From NCBI GenBank assembly GCA_041576165.1, contig JBFGLM010000080.1, positions 1 to 15,600 of the forward strand: a stretch of DNA of 15,600 bases, given 5' to 3'. The translations under genes and the position numbers were made by a program. Positions 6,086 to 12,940 of this stretch are shown here, piece by piece (positions within the stretch are counted from its first letter, which is position 1; every line of letters starts with the position of its first letter). This DNA comes from Acidimicrobiia bacterium. Its GTDB lineage: Bacteria; Actinomycetota; Acidimicrobiia; Spongiisociales; Spongiisociaceae. Below the pieces are notes generated by a model that ran no database searches, was not told the DNA's origin, and saw only the letters and a program-made list of their open reading frames with translations.

Positions 6086-6927
6086 AGCGCTTGTGGTGGG
6101 TGCTGGCGATTGCGCTCGCGGCCACATCGATGTCTCCCGTTACCACAGCGTCGGCCGGCGAGACCTACGTGTGTTGGTATGTCGACGTCTGGGATCCGGA
6201 TCAAGTCCGCTTCGTTCCCGGCGTCCGGTGCCGCATCGATGGGGTTATTCATGAGCCCGGTTTCCCGGGTGAGGGCCCGGAGGACGTTCCGTTGGTCTAC
6301 GACCTGGGATATGTCGACGGTGTGGAGTGCTATTACCGGCGCAGCGGGCCGCCATCGGGTTGGGTGGTGCTGGGGCGGGACGGAACACTGCTCAATTTCT
6401 GGTGGGACACCGGCAACGGCCTGATAGGCGACGCTTGGATCGATCGCTGTACCAAGGAGCCGGTGCCGGGTCAGCCGCCCATAACGCTGGTGTTCGGGGT
6501 CATCGAGAGCTACGAGTTCGCTGAGCCCGAGCCGGAGGTGGTCCCCGACGGAATTGGTCTGGCCGGGGCCCGCAGCTGGGTGTTCGTGGATCCGCCGGAG
6601 CCGTTCACGGATCGGTTGAACTCGCCGATCGGGGCGGGGTTCATCGACATCGAGATCCGGGTGGTGGCGGTGGAGATCGATTGGGGAGATGGGGCAGTCA
6701 GCACGATCCCGGAGTCGCAGTTCGATCTGTTTGCCCCGCACCCAGATGGCGATGTGAATCACGCGTGGGAGACAAAAGGCAACTACGACCTCGGCGTTGA
6801 CTATGAGTGGCTGGTGCGATGGCGGGTCGACGACGGCCCGTGGCTGATCGTCGATATACCCGACACCGAATGGGATGCCCCCTACCGCGTCGACGAAGTA
6901 GTCGGACGCCGCGCCGGCCGACCGTAG
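6082..6927 (+). CDS. Secreted protein with Cys-containing N-terminal region and C-terminal PKD-like (DWGDG) Ig fold
   Basis: Signal peptide MKRLWWVLAIALAATSMSPVTTASA. Four Cys in the N-terminal half. C-terminal GLAGARSWVFVD...EIDWGDG...HAWETKGNYDLGVDYEWLVRWRVDDGPW...YRVDEV. Translationally coupled to the upstream lipoprotein. Confidence 0.8.
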   Translation: MKRLWWVLAIALAATSMSPVTTASAGETYVCWYVDVWDPDQVRFVPGVRCRIDGVIHEPGFPGEGPEDVPLVYDLGYVDGVECYYRRSGPPSGWVVLGRDGTLLNFWWDTGNGLIGDAWIDRCTKEPVPGQPPITLVFGVIESYEFAEPEPEVVPDGIGLAGARSWVFVDPPEPFTDRLNSPIGAGFIDIEIRVVAVEIDWGDGAVSTIPESQFDLFAPHPDGDVNHAWETKGNYDLGVDYEWLVRWRVDDGPWLIVDIPDTEWDAPYRVDEVVGRRAGRP

Positions 6928-6956
6928 CTAGTCCCCCCGTCGCTGGGCCCGCTCAC

Positions 6957-7406
6957 CTATTTGGCGGCTCGCGGCGGGATGTCGCTCATGCGAGGGATCG
7001 CCCCCAGCTCCTGCTCGACTGCTGCTAAGTGGGCGACGCACTCGCGGATCAGCTCGGCGAGCACCCCGCGGTCGACATCGGCGAGCCGCTTCAGGTGAAC
7101 GGTCGATTTCGACGCGGTGTTGGGGCCCAGCCTGTGGAGGATGTCATCGAATCCTCGCAAACCGGACATGATGTAGAGCGTGAGTCGGTCCTTGCGAGGC
7201 GAGAACCCCACGGAGAAGAAGTCGCCCTCCTGGCCCGACCCATAGCGGTAGTGATACTGGCCGAACCCGATGGTGTTGGCGCTCCACACCTTCGGCTCTT
7301 CGCCGGTGACCTCACGCATCAGCTCCAGCAGGGCAGCGGCATCCTGCCGGCGCTCCTCGCCGGAAACGCCGCCGATGATGTCCTCAACGCTCTGGGTCTC
7401 GGCCAC
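6957..7406 (-). CDS. DUF1801 (YdhG-like) domain protein
   Basis: LMREVTGEEPKVW..NTIGFGQYHYRYGSGQEGDFFSVGFSPRKDRLTLY...KSTVHLKRLADVD. TAGCTT -10-like hexamer (7418..7413) 6 nt before the GTG start. Confidence 0.88.
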   Translation of the reverse strand: MAETQSVEDIIGGVSGEERRQDAAALLELMREVTGEEPKVWSANTIGFGQYHYRYGSGQEGDFFSVGFSPRKDRLTLYIMSGLRGFDDILHRLGPNTASKSTVHLKRLADVDRGVLAELIRECVAHLAAVEQELGAIPRMSDIPPRAAK

Positions 7407-7480
7407 CCCGTCAAGCTAGCTGTCTTGCGATGAGGCGCTGCGGCTCCTCTGACCAATTCCTGACCCCGTATCGTGGGCGC

Positions 7481-8224
7481 GTGGCGAAGCATGCCGAGCT
7501 GCGGTTCTACGCCGGGTTGCGCGACTTCTTGGACACCGATCGTCGGTCGGGGACGGTGACCCGCACTTTCGACGTGCCCGGCAGCGTCAAGGACATGATC
7601 GAGGCCTGCGGGGTACCCCACACCGAGGTGGCGGTCGTACTGGCGAACGGTGAAGCCGTCGACTTCTCATATCGCGTAGCGGACCGGGATCGCATCGCCG
7701 TGTACCCGCCCTTCTACTCCTTCGAGATCGAGCCGAGCCGGCTTGTGAGCCCGGAACCGCTGCCCGAGCGCCGCTTCGTACTCGACGGACATCTATCTGC
7801 GCTGGCGAGATACCTCCGACTGCTGGGCTTCGATGCAGTCTGCGAGAACTCGTGGACCGACCCCGAGCTCGTAGCGATCTCCGTCGACCAGGATCGCACC
7901 CTGCTCACACGCGACATCGGCCTGCTGATGCACGGCCGGCTGACTCACGGCTACTTCGTGCGGGCAATCGATCCGGACCTGCAGCTTCTCGAGGTGGTGC
8001 GCCGCTTCGAGCTCGCCACGGGCACGGCCCCCTTCAGCCGGTGCATGGCCTGCAACGGAGACTTGCGGACGGTGGACAAGAACGCCATCGCCGATCGACT
8101 GGAGCCGGAAACGCGGCGTCACTACGACGAGTTCAAGATGTGCGCCGACTGCGACCGCATCTTCTGGAAGGGCCCGCACTACTCGAGGCTGCAAGGCATC
8201 GTGGACCAAGCCATCAACGGTTGA
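7481..8224 (+). CDS. Mut7-C ubiquitin-like plus Mut7-C RNase (PIN fold with Zn ribbon) protein
   Basis: N-terminal LRFYAGLRDFL...SVKDMIEACGVPHTEV...NGE...DRIAVYP. PIN-like FVLDGHL..LARYLRLLGFD...LLTRD. Zn ribbon RCMACNG...CADCDRIFWKGPHY. GTG at 7481 is 6 nt after TATCGT (7469-7474). Confidence 0.92.
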   Translation: MAKHAELRFYAGLRDFLDTDRRSGTVTRTFDVPGSVKDMIEACGVPHTEVAVVLANGEAVDFSYRVADRDRIAVYPPFYSFEIEPSRLVSPEPLPERRFVLDGHLSALARYLRLLGFDAVCENSWTDPELVAISVDQDRTLLTRDIGLLMHGRLTHGYFVRAIDPDLQLLEVVRRFELATGTAPFSRCMACNGDLRTVDKNAIADRLEPETRRHYDEFKMCADCDRIFWKGPHYSRLQGIVDQAING

Positions 8225-8237
8225 CGCCGTCGCCTCG

Positions 8238-8945
8238 TCATCGCTCGCGCACCAGCGGCGGAACCAGCGTCCTGCCGTCCCCGGCCCGGTACACCGCAGC
8301 CGGAGCCCCGCCGCTGGGAGACACCCGTCGCTCACCGGTGGGCACGACGAAACCATCCGTCGCCAAGACCTTGCGGCGGAAGTTCGCCAGGTCGAGATGC
8401 GCGCCCCACACCGTCTCGTATATGTGGTGCAGATCGCCGAGGGTGAAGTCGTGGCCGGCCAGAGTGGTGGCCAGCGTCGTGTATTCCAACTTGGCTCGGG
8501 CCCGCTCCACCGCCGCCTTCAGGATGTCCCCGTGGTCGAATGCCAATCCGCCGGTGAGCGCGTCGGCGACGGACACCCATTGCGCATCGGCTGCGTCAGT
8601 CCCTGCGGTCGGCAATGGCATCGCCCGGCTCAGGCCCAGGTATGCCACCGACACCACCCGCATGCGGGGGTCCCGGTCGACGGCGCCGAAAGTGGCAAGC
8701 TGCTCGAGGTGAACGCCCGGCAGCTCGTGCGCTGCCAGCCCTGTTTCCTCCTCGAGTTCGCGATGGGCCGCCTCGTCCACCGATTCGTCCGGCAGCACGA
8801 ACCCGCCGGGGAGGGCCGGCATCCCGGCATAAGGCTCGCCGCCGCGCTTGACCAGCATCACGTTCAGCGTGTCAGCGACCGCCAGCAGGGCGATGTCCAC
8901 CGTCACCGCGAACGGCGGGAATTCTCTCGGGTCGTAGCGTGCCAT
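8238..8945 (-). CDS. nrtR: NrtR-family transcriptional regulator (Nudix plus winged HTH)
   Basis: VTVDIALL, Nudix box GGFVLPDESVDEAAHRELEEETGL, LEQLATFGAVDRDPRMRVVSVAY, LAFDH, and C-terminal FTLGDLHHIYE...LDLANFRRKVL...PAAVY. Last gene of an NAD salvage operon that carries NrtR-type operators. Confidence 0.9.
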   Translation of the reverse strand: MARYDPREFPPFAVTVDIALLAVADTLNVMLVKRGGEPYAGMPALPGGFVLPDESVDEAAHRELEEETGLAAHELPGVHLEQLATFGAVDRDPRMRVVSVAYLGLSRAMPLPTAGTDAADAQWVSVADALTGGLAFDHGDILKAAVERARAKLEYTTLATTLAGHDFTLGDLHHIYETVWGAHLDLANFRRKVLATDGFVVPTGERRVSPSGGAPAAVYRAGDGRTLVPPLVRER

Positions 8946-8949
8946 GGCC

Positions 8950-9669
8950 TCAGGCTATCCGGGCCTCCGCCGCGCGGCGCCATCGGGTGAGGCCGACGAA
9001 GGCCATCACCAAGAACAGGACGTACAGCGCCGAGAACATGTAGGCGCCGGTGGTGGCATACAGGGCGATCGCCGAAACGTTGACCGGCCCGATCCACAGC
9101 CACCACGACTCCACCTTCTTGCGGGACAGCAACAGCATCGCCACCACCGAGGAGGCGACGATAGAGGCGTCCCAATAGGTGTATAGCGCCGAGTCCCAGC
9201 CGGCATCGAGAGCCCAGCCCAGCACCACCGTGAAGACCGCCATTACGGTGAGTGCCAGCAACCTGTCCCCAATCCGGAGCCGGGTGACCGCCAGCTCGGT
9301 GCCGCCGTCGCCGCCGCGCGTCCACTCCCGCCATGCCCAGAACTGCACGGGCACGTAGTACGCCCAGTGCAGCAGCGTCTGGCCCATGAGGCCGATCTCC
9401 AGGAAGAACCATCCCATCAGGACCACCGAGACGATCCCCACCGGCAGCGCCAGCACGTTGCGGCGTTGCGTGATCCACACCGACCACAGCGAGGTAGCCG
9501 TGCCGGCGAACTCCACGAGTCCGGGCGCCGCCTCGGGGGCAAGCCGCCGCGCTGCCGTCCAGTACGCGAGGCAGGCGAACAGCGAGCCGACCGCGGCCAG
9601 GGCGGCGTGGCGGTGCTCCCAGGCTCGGCCGAACCAGGGAGCCGGTTGGGCGACGGCGGTTGCTTGCAT
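8950..9669 (-). CDS. pnuC: Nicotinamide riboside/mononucleotide transporter, PnuC family
   Basis: Multiple TM helices. Motifs SLWSVWITQRRN..ALPVGIVSV, WDASIVASSVVAMLLLSRKKVESWWLWI..VN, LYVLFLVMAFVGL.RW. AGGAG SD upstream of ATG 9669, overlapping the nadR stop. The longer ORF start at 10077 lies inside nadR. Confidence 0.9.
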   Translation of the reverse strand: MQATAVAQPAPWFGRAWEHRHAALAAVGSLFACLAYWTAARRLAPEAAPGLVEFAGTATSLWSVWITQRRNVLALPVGIVSVVLMGWFFLEIGLMGQTLLHWAYYVPVQFWAWREWTRGGDGGTELAVTRLRIGDRLLALTVMAVFTVVLGWALDAGWDSALYTYWDASIVASSVVAMLLLSRKKVESWWLWIGPVNVSAIALYATTGAYMFSALYVLFLVMAFVGLTRWRRAAEARIA

Positions 9670-9677
9670 GAGTCTCC

Positions 9678-10667
9678 TCAGATCAAGGGATCGAAAGTCG
9701 TGAGCTTGTCGGCAATGTCCATCGCGCGACGAAGCCGGGCGGCCGGGTCGCCGGCGAGCACCTCGTACTGCACTCCGGAAGCCGCCACCAGGTCGAGCGT
9801 CCGGCGATGCATGGCTTCCCGTTCGCCGGCCGACTCCCGGGTCCCGTCCTGCACCCAGTCGAAGTCCGGGGCGCACACCACGTAGAAGTCGGGACGGTGG
9901 ACGGTGGCGAGCGCAGCGAGCTCGCAATCGTCGGTTCCCAAGTAACGGCGGTGCCAGACGCGAGTCACCAACGCATCGGTATCGAGCACCACCAACCCCG
10001 CGGCGGATTGCGCCGCCAGCCCGTCGGCAACAGTGTGGTGGGTGGTGGCGATATGGTGGAACTCGGTGGTGGCCCAACTCTGGTCACGCCGATGGCGGCG
10101 GCCCTCCCAGTAGGTGCGGCCGTACTCGGGTACCCACGTGGTGCCCCATTGCGCGGCGAGCGCAGCGGCCAGCGTGGTCTTGCCACTCGATTCGGCGCCG
10201 GCGGTGACGATGCGCCGCGCCAACGCCGTCCGGGCCGGGGGAACGAGCCACTCGAACCCGGTGCGTAGGTCGGCGCGAATCTCGGTCGCCGAGATCGGAA
10301 ACCTCTCCCGCCCGGGGTCAACAGCGACGTGTTCGGCACCCATGGCGGCGCACCATCCCGGCCCCCACGGCTCCGACGTGAATCCCACCTCGGGTGGCTG
10401 CGGTAGCACCTGGAGCGCCCGCTGCGCCCACGGCTCGTTGGCGGCAGGCAAGTCATCGGGCGTCACGATCACGGTCACGTTGGGGGGTGCAGCTGCCGCC
10501 AGCCAGGCCGCCCGGTCGGCGGCTGGGAGCGTTTGATCGGGCCGGGCGCCGAGCAGCACGTAGAGCCGATCGACTTGGGCGGCACCTGTCTCGACGAGAT
10601 GGAGATGCCCAAGATGGGGCGGGTTGAATTTGCCGACTGTGACTCCGACCGTTCGCATTGGTCCCAT
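9678..10667 (-). CDS. nadR: NadR-like bifunctional NMN adenylyltransferase / ribosylnicotinamide kinase lacking the N-terminal HTH
   Basis: GKFNPPHLGH (HxGH) and PISATEIR in the nucleotidyltransferase domain. P-loop GAESSGKTT, VPEYGR, DTDALVT and WVQDGTR in the kinase domain. Adjacent to pnuC. Confidence 0.9.
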   Translation of the reverse strand: MGPMRTVGVTVGKFNPPHLGHLHLVETGAAQVDRLYVLLGARPDQTLPAADRAAWLAAAAPPNVTVIVTPDDLPAANEPWAQRALQVLPQPPEVGFTSEPWGPGWCAAMGAEHVAVDPGRERFPISATEIRADLRTGFEWLVPPARTALARRIVTAGAESSGKTTLAAALAAQWGTTWVPEYGRTYWEGRRHRRDQSWATTEFHHIATTHHTVADGLAAQSAAGLVVLDTDALVTRVWHRRYLGTDDCELAALATVHRPDFYVVCAPDFDWVQDGTRESAGEREAMHRRTLDLVAASGVQYEVLAGDPAARLRRAMDIADKLTTFDPLI

Positions 10668-10673
10668 GAAGGC

Positions 10674-10702
10674 AATATATAGTCTCTATGACTATTAGTC
10701 AA
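10674..10702 (-). promoter_or_regulatory. Housekeeping sigma promoter of nadR-pnuC-nrtR (leaderless)
   Basis: Minus strand TTGACT (10702..10697)-N17-TATATT (10679..10674), then 6 nt, then ATG at 10667. Confidence 0.8.
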
Positions 10703-10711
10703 GATGACTAT
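10679..10711. promoter_or_regulatory. Tandem NrtR operators
   Basis: ATAGTC-TCTAT-GACTAT (10679-10695) and TTAGTC-AAGAT-GACTAT (10695-10711). Both have the GT-N7-AC core of NrtR sites, are 16 bp apart, and cover the -35 and spacer. Confidence 0.82.
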
Positions 10712-10774
10712 AGTATCGGGCACGCTAGGGCGGCTCCGCCGTGGCAACGGAGCCGGTAGCCTCCGGGCCACGCG

Positions 10775-10802
10775 GGAATGCCCCGCTGCGGGTGCGCGGT
10801 TG
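10775..10802 (+). promoter_or_regulatory. Putative SigR/SigH-type ECF promoter upstream of pirin
   Basis: GGAAT (10775-10779)-N19-GTTG (10799-10802), followed by GGAGG SD at 10821-10825 and ATG at 10831. Confidence 0.5.
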
Positions 10803-10830
10803 ACAACGACGATCGATTCTGGAGGTAGCA

Positions 10831-11790
10831 ATGCCCGCCGTGACGGTTGACGACACTCTCACGCTGCCGCGCATCCAGGAGCCCCCGGTCACGACGCAAG
10901 ACCGACCCATCCGCTCCGTCACGACGGCGCCTCGCGGCTTCGAGGGCGAGGGTTTCCCGGTGCGGCGTGCTTTTGCAGGCGTCGATCTGGCCGAGCTAGA
11001 TCCGTTCATCCACCTCGATCAGATGGGCGAGGTGCATTACGCGCCCGGAGAGCCGAAGGGCACGCCGTGGCATCCGCATCGCGGCTTCGAGACCGTGACA
11101 TACATGATCGATGGCACTTTCGAGCACCAGGATTCTGAGGGCGGCGGCGGTCTCATCACCAACGGCGACACGCAGTGGATGACTGCCGGCTCCGGCCTGC
11201 TGCACATCGAGGCGCCCCCCGAGGATCTGGTGATGTCGGGTGGTCTGTTCCATGGATTCCAGCTTTGGGTCAACTTGCCTGCAAAGGACAAGTTCATCGC
11301 CCCCCGCTATCAGGATTTGCGCGGCAGCGCCGTCGAGCTGTTGACGTCGCCCGACGGCGGAGCCTTGATCCGCCTCATCGCCGGGGATGTCGCCGGGCAT
11401 CGCGGACCGGGCGACACCCACACTCCGATCACGATGATCCACGCCACGCTGAGCCCGGGAGCCAGGCTGAGGATTCCGTGGCGACCGGACTTCAATGCAC
11501 TCGCTTACGTCCTCAATGGGCGGGGCTCGTTCGGAGTGGAGCGCCGTCCCGCGGCGATGGGTCAGCTCGTGGTCTACGGGCCCGGCGACGTCATCACCAT
11601 GGCAGCCGCGGATTCGCAAGAGACGCGCAGTCCCAACTTCGACGTGCTCATCCTGGGCGGTCGACCAATCCGGGAGCCGGTGGCCTGGCATGGCCCGTTC
11701 GTGATGAACACCCGATCCGAGCTGGTCCAGGCCTTCGAGGACTACGAAGCGGGTCGCCTGGGCCGGATACCCCCGCAGCCGGAGCGATGA
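10831..11790 (+). CDS. Pirin family protein (bicupin)
   Basis: EGEGFPVRRAF, LDPFIHLDQMG, metal ligands in HPHRGFETVTY and GSGLLHIE, GFQLWVNLP, PIREPVAWHGPFVMNT. Strong GGAGG SD. Confidence 0.95.
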   Translation: MPAVTVDDTLTLPRIQEPPVTTQDRPIRSVTTAPRGFEGEGFPVRRAFAGVDLAELDPFIHLDQMGEVHYAPGEPKGTPWHPHRGFETVTYMIDGTFEHQDSEGGGGLITNGDTQWMTAGSGLLHIEAPPEDLVMSGGLFHGFQLWVNLPAKDKFIAPRYQDLRGSAVELLTSPDGGALIRLIAGDVAGHRGPGDTHTPITMIHATLSPGARLRIPWRPDFNALAYVLNGRGSFGVERRPAAMGQLVVYGPGDVITMAAADSQETRSPNFDVLILGGRPIREPVAWHGPFVMNTRSELVQAFEDYEAGRLGRIPPQPER

Positions 11791-11835
11791 GCCGGCCACG
11801 GCTGCGGCGAGGCCCCGGCCCTGTTGTGACGGCGG

Positions 11836-12723
11836 CTAGCGACCGGACAGATAGGTCAGTGCACCCGGCATGCCGACGACGACTGCGGCCACCTCCACGG
11901 CACGGTCGATTGCCTGGCGGACAGGCGTGCTGACGAGCCGGTACCCGAGATAGGTGCCGAAGAAGGCGTCGCCCGCTCCCGTAGCGTCGACTGCCTCGAC
12001 CACCGGCGGCTCCACTCGGAAGGTCTCACCGCCCACCGTGGCGATTATGGAGCTGGCGGCGTCGGTGACGATGGCTTCGCCGACACCCATGGCAGCCATT
12101 CGCCGGCCGAAGACCTCTGGTGTCTCTTCCCACAAGGTGCGCACATCATCGGCCGAAGCGACGACGACGTCAGCCAGGGCGACTGCTCTGTCGGCAGCAC
12201 TGCGGGCGTGGGCACAATCCGGCCAGAGCGCGCCCCGGTAGTTGGCGTCGTAGGCCACCAGAGCACCGGCCCGCCCGGCGGTGTCGATCTGGTGGAGGAG
12301 AGCATCGGCGCCAGATCCGGCGACGGCGAGAGTGATGCCGGAAAGCACTATCGCCTCGGAGCTAGCCGCGGTGCCCAGATCGATGCCGGCGCCCAGCGCA
12401 TGGCGCGCTGCCGATTCGCTCCGCCAATAACGAAACGACGGCTCACCGCCGTGCGTGGTGATCCAATACAAACCCAGATTGCGGCCGGCGACGACCGGCG
12501 ATTCCGATGCGTCGATCCCGAGCTCGGCGCAGTAGTCGACGAACTCGAGCGAGCGGGGGTCGTCGCCGATGCCGGTGAGGTAACGGACAGTGAGGTCGGG
12601 GGCGGCGGCGGCGAGCGCGGCCGCGCAGTTGAGGGTGTCGCCGGCGAAGGTCCACGACAGCCGACGATCATCGATGGTGGTCAGCTCGATCATCGCCTCG
12701 CCGACGACGAGCACGGTGGGCAC
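11836..12723 (-). CDS. kdgK: PfkB-family sugar kinase, 2-keto-3-deoxygluconate kinase-like
   Basis: VVGEAMIEL, AGDTLNCA, GLYWI...GEPSFRYWRSESAAR, LSGITLA, YDANYRGALW, and PfkB signature VDATGAGDAFFGTYL. Family is firm; the exact substrate is inferred. Confidence 0.8.
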   Translation of the reverse strand: MPTVLVVGEAMIELTTIDDRRLSWTFAGDTLNCAAALAAAAPDLTVRYLTGIGDDPRSLEFVDYCAELGIDASESPVVAGRNLGLYWITTHGGEPSFRYWRSESAARHALGAGIDLGTAASSEAIVLSGITLAVAGSGADALLHQIDTAGRAGALVAYDANYRGALWPDCAHARSAADRAVALADVVVASADDVRTLWEETPEVFGRRMAAMGVGEAIVTDAASSIIATVGGETFRVEPPVVEAVDATGAGDAFFGTYLGYRLVSTPVRQAIDRAVEVAAVVVGMPGALTYLSGR

Positions 12724-12816
12724 GTCAGATCCTGCCCGAGCTGGATGCGCCGCCGGGGTGTGGCCGATCGCTGATCATGGCCGGCAACAGTAATCACGGC
12801 CCCGGCGCCACGGCGC

Positions 12817-12846
12817 TTGACGCCGCGCCAGCGCAAATGCTACCGT
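12817..12846 (+). promoter_or_regulatory. Promoter of the lacI-family gene
   Basis: TTGACG (12817-12822)-N18-TACCGT (12841-12846), with extended -10 TG at 12838-12839. The operator pair follows 4 nt later. Confidence 0.6.
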
Positions 12847-12850
12847 CCCC

Positions 12851-12874
12851 GGGAGCGCTCCCGGGAGCGCTCCC
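12851..12874. promoter_or_regulatory. Two abutting LacI-family operators (CelR/CebR-box type)
   Basis: GGGAGCGCTCCC at 12851-12862 and again at 12863-12874. Each is a perfect 12-bp palindrome with central CG and equals the core of TGGGAGCGCTCCCA. Confidence 0.8.
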
Positions 12875-12940
12875 ATCTGGAGGGGATTGGAGAGTGTGGA
12901 GGAAGGCAGTCATCAGGCGCTCGTCGGGGCGGGCCGCTCG

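Noticed and set aside
9670-10077. Long N-terminal extension of the pnuC ORF
   Set aside because: It lies within nadR in another frame, is Arg/Gly-rich and not protein-like, and a clear AGGAG SD precedes ATG 9669.
10712-10830. NAD or other riboswitch in the nadR-pirin intergenic region
   Set aside because: nadR appears leaderless, so it has no UTR, and no aptamer consensus was recognised. The region is explained by operators and promoters.
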